Part shown: one piece after another, positions 19,410-28,434 of the stretch
Layout of the letters: the number at the start of each line of letters is the position of its first letter
Numbering within the stretch: position 1 is the stretch's first letter
Source of the DNA: Candidatus Izemoplasmatales bacterium
GTDB taxonomy: Bacteria; Bacillota_I; Bacilli_A; Izemoplasmatales; Hujiaoplasmataceae
DNA: 28,434 bases
Assembly: GCA_050177605.1 (NCBI GenBank)
Contig: JBFXGX010000013.1
Location: forward strand, 16,248 to 44,681
Direction: 5' to 3'
Position numbers and translations under genes: made by a program
Notes under the pieces: model-generated
The model's input: the letters and a program-made list of their open reading frames with translations, nothing else
The model's database searches: none
Told to the model about the DNA's origin: nothing

Positions 19410-20525
19410 TTACCTTTTTACCTTTTTCACACTAATGAAAAATGATAAACTTGAGATAAACAATAATACAATTGTGATGAGTAAAAAATTGTTCAATTGT
19501 ATAGAAGAACTAAAACTCATATTAAACAAATCACTCGCTAGTGAAATAATCTTGTCTTGAATCATCATTGACATGAAAAAAGCAATGGAACTAGCGATCA
19601 ATGTCATTCCAACAAAGATGAAGAAATATCCAAGCATTATTGTTTTCTCTTGAAAGCCAAGAATGTTTAGAAGCTTGGTATATTGTTCTCTTTGGATCAT
19701 AATAATGGAAGAAACAGCGTAGAAACAAAGAGCAATCGAAACTCCAATAACAATTGTGGTCACTAACAAAAACGAATCAGTAATGCTAACATTCCGAAAA
19801 TACACTTGGATATCGCTTGGAACATCAACAACATAACCCAATTTAGATAAGTTTAAGGACAATTGATATCCTTGATAGACAGAATCGGTTACGATTGTTA
19901 TTGTATCGATGTCATCAAGTGGTCCTAATGTAATATAAAAATATGCTGCAAATTCCGAACTATCAAACAATTGTGAAGTTCTATCATATATTCCTACCAC
20001 CAAAAAGTCTTGATGATTGATTGTTATTGTATCACCTATATTTGCCCCCAATTGTAATGCAATATATTGACTTAACGCAATTTCATAATAATTCATTGGC
20101 CAATCACCAGAAAACAAAGAGTTGTTGTATTCATTCAGCAACTGACACTCAGGGTCAGGAATAATTTTTCCGTTGTAAAATGAGATAATCGTGTAATCTC
20201 CAAGATGCTGAGTTGAAACAGTTGAAAAAATTTTATCGTTAAAAATAAGTTCCGCTTCTTCGGTATAGTAACGTCCACTACCAACAAGACTCATATCTAT
20301 AGAAAGATATGGTGAGATTGTCTCAAAATCAATATCATCAACACCTAGTGTAATTCCGTCTTCTCTTTCCTCTATTTGTGAGATGAAATTATAAAATAAA
20401 TCTTGTTTAATTGATAAAAAGCTAAATAGCGTAGAACAAAACAATGTGATAGTGATACCAAAAAGAAAAATTGTACGGTACAAAACTCTCCATTCTTTAT
20501 CGATTAACCACAGTATTTTCTTCAT
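19410..20525 (-). CDS. FtsX/MacB-family ABC transporter permease 1
   Basis: N-terminal TM, GDWP...EIALS...A..LGANIGDTI...F.VVGI, then C-terminal TMs with LNILGF. Confidence 0.82.
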   Translation of the reverse strand: MKKILWLIDKEWRVLYRTIFLFGITITLFCSTLFSFLSIKQDLFYNFISQIEEREDGITLGVDDIDFETISPYLSIDMSLVGSGRYYTEEAELIFNDKIFSTVSTQHLGDYTIISFYNGKIIPDPECQLLNEYNNSLFSGDWPMNYYEIALSQYIALQLGANIGDTITINHQDFLVVGIYDRTSQLFDSSEFAAYFYITLGPLDDIDTITIVTDSVYQGYQLSLNLSKLGYVVDVPSDIQVYFRNVSITDSFLLVTTIVIGVSIALCFYAVSSIIMIQREQYTKLLNILGFQEKTIMLGYFFIFVGMTLIASSIAFFMSMMIQDKIISLASDLFNMSFSSSIQLNNFLLITIVLLFISSLSFFISVKKVKR

Positions 20526-21186
20526 CTTTCACTACCTTCCCATCAGATAACGTAATGACTCTATCTGCGATTTTAGTCGTTTCTTCATCATGGGTAACTA
20601 ATACAATGGTTTTACCTAAGGTATGCAAATAGGTCAATAAATCAAGAACGATTTTTGCGTTGGTTTTATCGAGATTGCCTGTCGGCTCATCAGCAAGAAT
20701 AATCGATGGATTATTGATGATTGCTCTCGCAATAGTAACCCTTTGTTGCTCTCCTCCAGATAACTTTTTTGCTTTTACATCCTTTTTGTTTAATAAATCA
20801 ACGATTTTTAATACATCAAGAATTTCTTCGAGGTTCTCTTTGCCAAACAATCCACTGATAATCAGTGGAACTTCAATGTTTTCATAAACAGTATATTCGC
20901 CCTCAAGGTTGAATTGTTGAAATACAAATCCAAGCTCTTTATTTCTAAACTGGGCTACTTCTTTACTAGAAAATGAATCCACATTCCGATCATGAATGAT
21001 AATCTCCCCTTTAGTTGGTCGATCTAAGGTCCCAATCAAATTGAGTAATGTTGATTTCCCACTACCTGATTTTCCAGTAATTGCAACAAATTGTGCGTCT
21101 TTAATTCGGATAGATAAATCGTCAATTGCTCGAAATAGTCCGTCTCCAATAATATATTCCTTTGTAACATTTCTTAATTCGATCAT
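20497..21186 (-). CDS. ABC transporter ATP-binding protein (LolD/MacB type)
   Basis: GKSGSGKST, GFVFQQFNL, LSGGEQQRV, ILADEPTGNLD and VTHD motifs. Confidence 0.95.
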   Translation of the reverse strand: MIELRNVTKEYIIGDGLFRAIDDLSIRIKDAQFVAITGKSGSGKSTLLNLIGTLDRPTKGEIIIHDRNVDSFSSKEVAQFRNKELGFVFQQFNLEGEYTVYENIEVPLIISGLFGKENLEEILDVLKIVDLLNKKDVKAKKLSGGEQQRVTIARAIINNPSIILADEPTGNLDKTNAKIVLDLLTYLHTLGKTIVLVTHDEETTKIADRVITLSDGKVVKDEENTVVNR

Positions 21187-21194
21187 AAAATGTA

Positions 21195-21578
21195 TTATCC
21201 TTCCAAAAGAAATTTTTGATGATTAACAATAATATAATCCTCTTTAAATTCAAACTGAACTGAGATTCCCATCATTAATTCAATTGATATTTTTTTATCT
21301 GTTATAGTATAAGAATTTTCGTTGCATAGTTTATTTGTCAAGTTGAAATCAACTCCAAAGTCTTTTTGTAAATCGTCATTAAAATCATCAAAATTCACGT
21401 TGAAAAATTGGATATAATCTTCATTTATAATCAACGTCTCAGAATCATTTGATTCATTAACATACGTTCCATATTCTATTTCATTTGATTTTGTGCATGA
21501 AATTAGAGTTCCTAAAGCTAAATAAAAAATGCTGATTATAAATATTTTACCATATATGTTCATTATTTTCTTTGACAT
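21195..21578 (-). CDS. Small hypothetical lipoprotein
   Basis: Hydrophobic signal ending LIS-C; EYGTYV followed by a beta-rich body. RBS GAGAGG. Confidence 0.7.
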   Translation of the reverse strand: MSKKIMNIYGKIFIISIFYLALGTLISCTKSNEIEYGTYVNESNDSETLIINEDYIQFFNVNFDDFNDDLQKDFGVDFNLTNKLCNENSYTITDKKISIELMMGISVQFEFKEDYIIVNHQKFLLEG

Positions 21579-21611
21579 ATAAAAATTTCCTCTCTTATTG
21601 TTTGTATATAT

Positions 21612-21644
21612 TAATAAAATGAGGATGCATTTCTACATCCTCAT
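21612..21644 (-). terminator. Internal hairpin or terminator between the two lipoprotein genes
   Basis: Minus strand ATGAGGATGT-agaaat-GCATCCTCAT followed by TTTATTA. Confidence 0.6.
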
Positions 21645-21651
21645 ATGAATA

Positions 21652-22020
21652 TTATACTTTGTTGTATCGTCTACCTACTAGTAAAATATAGTCAGTATCT
21701 GAATCATAAAGGTATCCTGTTACCGAAATGTATCCGTTATTATACTCTTTTTCAGCTGTGAATTCATATACCCCAGTACTAATCTTGTCAGCATTAAAAT
21801 CCAAACCAGTTCCAGACATAAAAAGCATATAATAATCTCCATTATCATCTTGATACCATCCAAGATATACATTTTCAAAATCTACAGTACTTGTATAAAG
21901 TTGAATCCAGGAAGTTGACGTGTACTCATACTTTCCGGTCAAACTACTTGGAGCTGTATTACATGCCGTTGCAAACATCATTACAAACACAAGAACAAGA
22001 ATGGCATAGACTTTTTTCAT
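21652..22020 (-). CDS. Small hypothetical lipoprotein
   Basis: MKK, hydrophobic stretch and ATA-C lipobox; LTGKYEY; Tyr-rich beta-type body. RBS AGGAGG. Confidence 0.78.
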   Translation of the reverse strand: MKKVYAILVLVFVMMFATACNTAPSSLTGKYEYTSTSWIQLYTSTVDFENVYLGWYQDDNGDYYMLFMSGTGLDFNADKISTGVYEFTAEKEYNNGYISVTGYLYDSDTDYILLVGRRYNKV

Positions 22021-22051
22021 TATAATCCCTCCTATCTTATGGATTTGTTAT

Positions 22052-22183
22052 TTATTGTGTATCAATATCTATTTCTTCGTAGTCTATATCATCAAAATCT
22101 GCATAGACATTTGATACTGAAGACCCTAAAAAAAACAAAGATAAAAATATAAATATAAAGATATATATCAGGTATTTTTTCAT
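22052..22183 (-). CDS. Uncalled 43-aa secreted pro-peptide MKKYLIYIFIFIFLSLFFLGSSVSNVYADFDDIDYEEIDIDTQ (candidate signalling peptide)
   Basis: Hand-translated. AAGGAGG RBS 4 nt before ATG 22183, TAA at 22054-22052, Sec-type signal peptide with a V-Y-A cleavage site. It fills the gap ahead of the lipoprotein gene. Confidence 0.8.
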   Translation of the reverse strand: MKKYLIYIFIFIFLSLFFLGSSVSNVYADFDDIDYEEIDIDTQ

Positions 22184-22198
22184 TTTTCCTCCTTATAA

Positions 22199-22246
22199 TG
22201 CTATAATATAATAGAATCCACATTAAAAAAAGGACCTGAAGGTTCC
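22199..22246. promoter_or_regulatory. Overlapping divergent promoters with candidate regulator box GGACC-N5-GTTCC (22232-22246)
   Basis: Plus strand TGCTATAAT (22199-22207, extended -10) for the regulator. Minus strand TATTAT (22213-22208) has no good -35; the imperfect inverted repeat and a T7 tract occupy that region. Confidence 0.55.
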
Positions 22247-22266
22247 GTTTTTCCGAGGAAGATAAA

Positions 22267-23214
22267 ATGATTAATATTGTACAAAATCATATGTATCATA
22301 TCGATAAAATTAGACAAAAAAAGAATATAAAAGTTGTCGATTTGTGTGATGGAATTTGTTCGGATAGACAATACAGAAAATATCTTTCAGGAACAAACAA
22401 CATCAGCGATAGTAGAATAATTGAATTTTGTAATAAAATGGGCGTTAGTTCGCGAGACTTTTACTATACTTTAAATGTATCAGAATTAAATAATTTTGCT
22501 TACATCAAAGAGATATATTGGAGCCTAGTGAATAAAAACTATATAAAGACTAAGTCTCTGATAGATCAATATAAAATTAACCCAGAACATATATCTATTC
22601 AAAGTCAAAGGTTGTATAATTACTGTCTTATACGGTACGAATATTCAATACATAGTATTTCTGATGACAATACAGTAAATCGCATTACCAAGTTAATTGA
22701 TTTCAATTCAAAAGAATCAATCATGGCTTTTGACTATGTTGACATTCTACTTCTCTTATTCGTTGCCGAAATTGAAGTAAAATCCCACAGGACTGAAACT
22801 CTTTATAAATTGACTGACCTTCTAAAAACAAATCAAGTCCTATATTTAAGTCCTGATAGTAGAGAATTAATTTCTCCAATATACTCTAATGTCTGTATCA
22901 TGTTTGGCAGATTATCTAAGTACGAAGATATATTAGAAATCAATAAAGCAGGAATCGATTTTTGCCTTAAATATTCTTTTAGCAAGTCATTGACAAGATT
23001 ATACTATACAAGATCTATTGCACTAAAAAAGTTGAATAGAAGCGAGGAGTCTGAAGAATTTGCTGCGAAATGTTTGTTTAATTCGCTTTCGTTAAATAAT
23101 ATTGATGATTATCATCAATTTTCACAATGTATTATGAAAGACTTCAACAAATCTAGTGTGATTATAATCAATCAGTATATTTCTAAAATGAATGATATTC
23201 TATCTAAACAATAA
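22267..23214 (+). CDS. RRNPP-family (PlcR/NprR/Rgg-like) HTH-TPR transcriptional regulator
   Basis: XRE-type HTH (IRQKKNI..VDLCDGICSDRQY.KY..G) and a C-terminal TPR-like region (IYSN...KYEDILEINKAGIDFC...SLTRLYYTRSIALKKL) recalling PlcR; 315 aa. Confidence 0.75.
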   Translation: MINIVQNHMYHIDKIRQKKNIKVVDLCDGICSDRQYRKYLSGTNNISDSRIIEFCNKMGVSSRDFYYTLNVSELNNFAYIKEIYWSLVNKNYIKTKSLIDQYKINPEHISIQSQRLYNYCLIRYEYSIHSISDDNTVNRITKLIDFNSKESIMAFDYVDILLLLFVAEIEVKSHRTETLYKLTDLLKTNQVLYLSPDSRELISPIYSNVCIMFGRLSKYEDILEINKAGIDFCLKYSFSKSLTRLYYTRSIALKKLNRSEESEEFAAKCLFNSLSLNNIDDYHQFSQCIMKDFNKSSVIIINQYISKMNDILSKQ

Positions 23215-23250
23215 AAAGTACCTAAGTCGACAGACGAAGGTACTTTTTTA
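23212..23250. terminator. Bidirectional terminator between the regulator and pyrG
   Basis: AAAAAGTACCT...AGGTACTTTTT with an inner GTC-gaca-GAC stem. Confidence 0.75.
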
Positions 23251-23261
23251 TATTATTTACT

Positions 23262-24881
<1,620 letters not shown>

Positions 24882-24896
24882 CTATTTATGCTCTTT

Positions 24897-24979
24897 AAAA
24901 AATAAAAAGGTTCTCCGTTTGGAGAACCATTTTTTAGTGAGCTCTTTACGATTATATCAAATCTAATCATTTAAATCAA
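24897..24979 (-). promoter_or_regulatory. pyrG promoter and leader attenuator
   Basis: TTGATT (24979-24974), 17 bp, TGA-TATAAT (24956-24951). Predicted start GAGCTC at about 24944, then terminator GGTTCTCC-aaac-GGAGAACC-TTTTTATTTTTT upstream of the pyrG RBS. Confidence 0.75.
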
Positions 24980-24993
24980 TTATAATTTAAAGA

Positions 24994-25536
24994 TTATTCA
25001 TCATACATTTTTTCGTAATCGTCCATGTATTCGTTGTACTTGTCATCATCAAAGTCGTCTTCTTCATCGATAACTGCATCTTCTGAATCTTCAATGAAAT
25101 CCTCTTCGTCATCATCGAAATCATCAAAATCAAGGTCATCTTCGTAGATGTCGTCTTCTTCCTCTTCTTCGTCTTCTTCCTCTTCTTCGTCTTCATCTTC
25201 TTCATCAAGATCGAAGTCGTCTTCTTCCTCTTCCTCTTCTTCTTCGAATTCTTCTTCAAAGTCAGGGAATTCTTGATAGAATGCGCCGTCTTTATCCCAT
25301 AGATCGATGGATTGTCTGCTTTTTAAATCCCATAAATCATCGCCAACGTAGACAAACTTTGCACTCATTATAAAATCTGCATATACTTGTGAGATAATTT
25401 CATTTTTTTCTTCTTCGCTGATTCCTTTTAGTTCACATACCGCTTGGAATAATTCCAAGAAAGACATAGGTTGGTTGTTTTTAACTAAAGTTTCTTCTGC
25501 AGCTTCCATTAAAGACATTTGATTCCAATCTGCCAT
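24994..25536 (-). CDS. rpoE: RNA polymerase delta subunit
   Basis: MSLMEAA...PMSF.EL...Y.D....KFVYVGDDLWDLK plus a long D/E tail; rpoE-pyrG order as in Bacilli. Confidence 0.92.
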   Translation of the reverse strand: MADWNQMSLMEAAEETLVKNNQPMSFLELFQAVCELKGISEEEKNEIISQVYADFIMSAKFVYVGDDLWDLKSRQSIDLWDKDGAFYQEFPDFEEEFEEEEEEEEDDFDLDEEDEDEEEEEDEEEEEDDIYEDDLDFDDFDDDEEDFIEDSEDAVIDEEDDFDDDKYNEYMDDYEKMYDE

Positions 25537-25554
25537 AAATTTGTTCCTTCCGTA

Positions 25555-25917
25555 TTAAACTTTCCAGTCTAGTGTCAAATGGTGACTGGATAGCACCTCA
25601 GTGTCATTTACCATATCATACGCTATCTCAAGTTGATGATCGGTAAGTCGCACCTTATTTGTTTTCAGTTCTAATGTAAAGATTTGTTTTTCAGTTTCAA
25701 ACTGAGCCACAGTTAACCTTAATGCAAAGAACTTCATGATTAAAGGTGTTTCTCCACTTCGTTTCAAAACTATACCGTCTTCCTCTATAAGAAACGTATA
25801 TTTTTGTTTTAATTCATCAATGAATGATATGCTCATGTCAGATTTTATTCCAGGTCCTTCAAATGAAAGATTTGGGATACCCTCTGTCATCATTTTAAAC
25901 TTCACGAGACAACGCAT
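25555..25917 (-). CDS. DUF1934 (YwiB-like) small beta-barrel protein
   Basis: I.LKRSGE...M.F, L...T..V and L.IAY pattern; upstream of rpoE. RBS AAGGTGG. Confidence 0.6.
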   Translation of the reverse strand: MRCLVKFKMMTEGIPNLSFEGPGIKSDMSISFIDELKQKYTFLIEEDGIVLKRSGETPLIMKFFALRLTVAQFETEKQIFTLELKTNKVRLTDHQLEIAYDMVNDTEVLSSHHLTLDWKV

Positions 25918-26007
25918 GATGAACCACCTTTTTTATGCTTTATTAATTATATATTATATTGACAATAAATACAAGTATCATATTTTCAATATTTTGTAAA
26001 GTTTTTT

Positions 26008-27684
26008 TTAGAAAAACGTCTCATCATGTGTATAATTTTCGGATAGTACATTAATTACGATATTATTACAGTGATCGCCGATACGTTCCATGTTAGAAAG
26101 GATGTCCACATAGAATCCTGCTTCAGTTTCAGCGTTCGTTCTATCGTTGATACGATTGATATGATTTCTACGATATTTTTTAACTAGTTTGTCGAGTAAG
26201 TCTTCTCTAACATTGACTTCCATTGCGATTTCTTTGTTTTTAGTTGTATAAGCTTCAATGGATTGTGTTAATGTTTTATTTAACAAATCATAAAGGTCTG
26301 TTAAGTCTGTTCTAGCTTCAGGATATAATTCAATTCGGTTAGTATATCTCTCATCAAAGAATTCAAGCAAGTTCGTTAAGTGATCACCAATTCGTTCTAG
26401 ATCTGTAATTGTATCAATATCTTTTGCTAATTCTTGAATTTGTCGATCCGATAAATCATTCGCGCCAATCTTCACTAAATAATTATGGATTTTATCATCC
26501 ATAGTATCAATTAACTCTTCACACTGAACGCCAAGCTCTTTAACTTTTTGATCATTTCCATTTAATGAAAAATTAACTGTATAATCAAACATTACCTTAC
26601 ATACATTTCCCATATTTACAATGGCTCTTTTTGCATTTTCAAGCGCAAGATCAGGAGATTCAGCAATTAAATGTTCTTCAAGTGAAACTTCATCAAGTGT
26701 GATTTCGTTCTTCGCTGGAATGATTTTTGTAATCAACCAAACTAATTGCTTAATAAACCAGTACATAATAAATACGTTGATAATGTTAAATAGCATATGC
26801 ACTACGGATATTGTAAATTTATTTGATAAATAATCTGGAATGAGGTGTTCTCCAACAAATGCGATAAAAGCAGCATATGGTTTAATCAATAGTAAGAATA
26901 CAACGGTACCGATGGTATTAAACATAACGTGAATCCCTGCGGTTCTTTTTGCAGCTGAAGATCCACCAGCAGCCGCCATTACGGATGTCACGGTAGTCCC
27001 GATGTTATCTCCAAGAACAATAGCGATTGCGCCAATTAAAGGTACGCCTCCGGTAGAATATAATTGTTGTAAGATACCAATCGTTGCGGAGGATGATTGA
27101 ATAACTGCGGTTGTTAATACACCGACTAGCACGCCAAGAACAGGATAATCACCCACACTGATAAGTGCGTTGTGGAATGCTTCTAATTCAACGAGTTGTT
27201 TTAAAGCTCCACCCATCGTTTCTAGACCAAAGAATAACATTCCAAAACCTAGAATCGTTTTTCCAAGTTCCTTAATTCTTTTATTACGAATAAAGAAAAT
27301 CATGACTGACCCAACAAACATGATTGGGAAAGCGTAATCGCCAATTTTTAATGAAATTAATACGGATGTAATCGTTGTACCGATATTGGCACCGAAGATA
27401 ACCCCAACCGCTTGAGGAAGTGTCATTAACCCTGCACGGACAAGTCCAACAACGATGGCGCTTGTCGCAGAAGATGATTGAATGATTGCGGTAATTAAGA
27501 TACCAACAAAAATTCCTTTAAGTGGTGTGTTTGTGGCTTTTTCTAAGAATAGTTTTAATTTTGTTCCAGCTATTTTTTTAAGTGAATCGCTCATTAGGTT
27601 GATACCAAAAAGAAATATACCAAGACCTCCTAATATTTCAAAAACGGTTGTTTTCCAATCAATCGATAAAAACATTGGAATCAT
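26008..27684 (-). CDS. Na+/phosphate cotransporter with C-terminal PhoU-like domains
   Basis: LGGLGIFLFG, two QSSSA repeats, GANIGTT/GDNIGTT and two (L/M)ERIGDH motifs. The GGAGG RBS favours ATG 27684. Confidence 0.92.
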   Translation of the reverse strand: MIPMFLSIDWKTTVFEILGGLGIFLFGINLMSDSLKKIAGTKLKLFLEKATNTPLKGIFVGILITAIIQSSSATSAIVVGLVRAGLMTLPQAVGVIFGANIGTTITSVLISLKIGDYAFPIMFVGSVMIFFIRNKRIKELGKTILGFGMLFFGLETMGGALKQLVELEAFHNALISVGDYPVLGVLVGVLTTAVIQSSSATIGILQQLYSTGGVPLIGAIAIVLGDNIGTTVTSVMAAAGGSSAAKRTAGIHVMFNTIGTVVFLLLIKPYAAFIAFVGEHLIPDYLSNKFTISVVHMLFNIINVFIMYWFIKQLVWLITKIIPAKNEITLDEVSLEEHLIAESPDLALENAKRAIVNMGNVCKVMFDYTVNFSLNGNDQKVKELGVQCEELIDTMDDKIHNYLVKIGANDLSDRQIQELAKDIDTITDLERIGDHLTNLLEFFDERYTNRIELYPEARTDLTDLYDLLNKTLTQSIEAYTTKNKEIAMEVNVREDLLDKLVKKYRRNHINRINDRTNAETEAGFYVDILSNMERIGDHCNNIVINVLSENYTHDETFF

Positions 27685-27846
27685 TACTATGTCCTCCATA
27701 TATTAGTCATACGTTCTTTAAACCGCATATATTATAACAAAAAGAAATGTATATTTATAGTCAAGAAAACATTTTCATTTTACTTTTTTTTAACAAAACC
27801 AAATAAAAAAGGTTTTTTCAAACCCTTATTTATTATTGATGTCTTT

Positions 27847-28434
27847 CTACGAAAGACTTTCTTTATATTCTTTTACTAATTGATCGGCATCCGCTAAAAT
27901 CTTGTCTACCGTTTCCCAGTTTCCAAGGTTCGCTCCACACGCCATTTTATGTCCGCCACCGTCATATTTATTTGCAAGCAAATCAATTGCTGGTCCCTTA
28001 GAACGAAGTCTAGCACGAACGATATTATTTTCGTATTCAGCAAATAACATCCAAACAGGACAATCTTCTAATACACTGAGTTCATTGACTAAAGAAGTAG
28101 CTTCTTCTAGTGATACTTGATGCTTTTGAATGATGTCTGGCGTCATTTTAATATAAGCAACACCGTTTGGCGTTTTTTCAAAGTTTTGTAATACATACCC
28201 TTGTAACTTCATTTGGTTTTCACTCTTTACATCTAAAACTTGAAGAATCTTTGTGAAATCAAGTCCGAATTCAAGTAATTCAGCCACTGCGCGGAATGTA
28301 TCTGCGGTAACACTACGGTATTTAAATCTTCCAGTATCGGTAATAATTCCTGTGTATAAAGCGGTTGCTGCCTTCATATTCAGTTTTAATACATCTTTAA
28401 AATCCATGTAAAATTCTAAAATGATTTGAGCGGT
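27847..28434 (-). CDS. nrnA: DHH/DHHA1 phosphoesterase, NrnA-like nanoRNase/pAp phosphatase (5'-truncated by the window edge)
   Basis: Frame open to the window end (TAQIILEFYMD...); LYTGIITDTGRF, RLRS and GGGH..ACG motifs. Confidence 0.88.
   Translation of the reverse strand, partial: TAQIILEFYMDFKDVLKLNMKAATALYTGIITDTGRFKYRSVTADTFRAVAELLEFGLDFTKILQVLDVKSENQMKLQGYVLQNFEKTPNGVAYIKMTPDIIQKHQVSLEEATSLVNELSVLEDCPVWMLFAEYENNIVRARLRSKGPAIDLLANKYDGGGHKMACGANLGNWETVDKILADADQLVKEYKESLS

Noticed and set aside
22128..22135. A8 run inside the peptide gene as a phase-variation switch
   Set aside because: Runs of this length are common in this AT-rich sequence, and it encodes Phe/Leu of the signal peptide.
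24987..25259. 90-aa Lys/Met-rich ORF on the minus strand
   Set aside because: Alternate-frame shadow of the GAA/GAT-rich acidic tail of rpoE; no independent RBS.
25030..25260. TCTTCx / TCATCx trinucleotide repeats
   Set aside because: Explained by the low-complexity D/E tail of the RNA polymerase delta subunit; not an array or VNTR.

Overview
AT-rich bacterial chromosome segment with about 30 genes. Gene content and sequence style suggest a basal Mollicutes/Bacilli lineage such as Izemoplasmatales or Acholeplasmatales; this is an inference, not a database result. The housekeeping backbone is the ftsH 3' end, a YabO/S4 protein, a cluster A-I metal-binding lipoprotein, lysS, fba, tldD/pmbA, an M32 carboxypeptidase, padR-DUF4097, pyrG, rpoE (delta), DUF1934, a Na/Pi cotransporter and the nrnA 3' part. 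Three accessory blocks interrupt it. (1) A secreted protein plus an InlB-B/WG-repeat lipoprotein (3012-5197). (2) [FeFe]-hydrogenase maturases hydE-hydG-hydF with a divergent Crp/Fnr regulator, a GTAAC-N4-GTTAC site and flanking 32-bp direct repeats (13626-18124). (3) A candidate peptide quorum-sensing cassette (18130-23214): a PlcR/Rgg-like HTH-TPR regulator divergent from an uncalled 43-aa secreted pro-peptide whose predicted mature part is three tandem pentapeptides (DFDDI-DYEEI-DIDTQ), followed by two small lipoproteins and a MacB/LolCDE-type ABC transporter. The pyrG leader resembles the B. subtilis CTP-sensing attenuator but starts GAGC instead of GGGC. No rRNA, tRNA, CRISPR array, transposase or integrase was seen.
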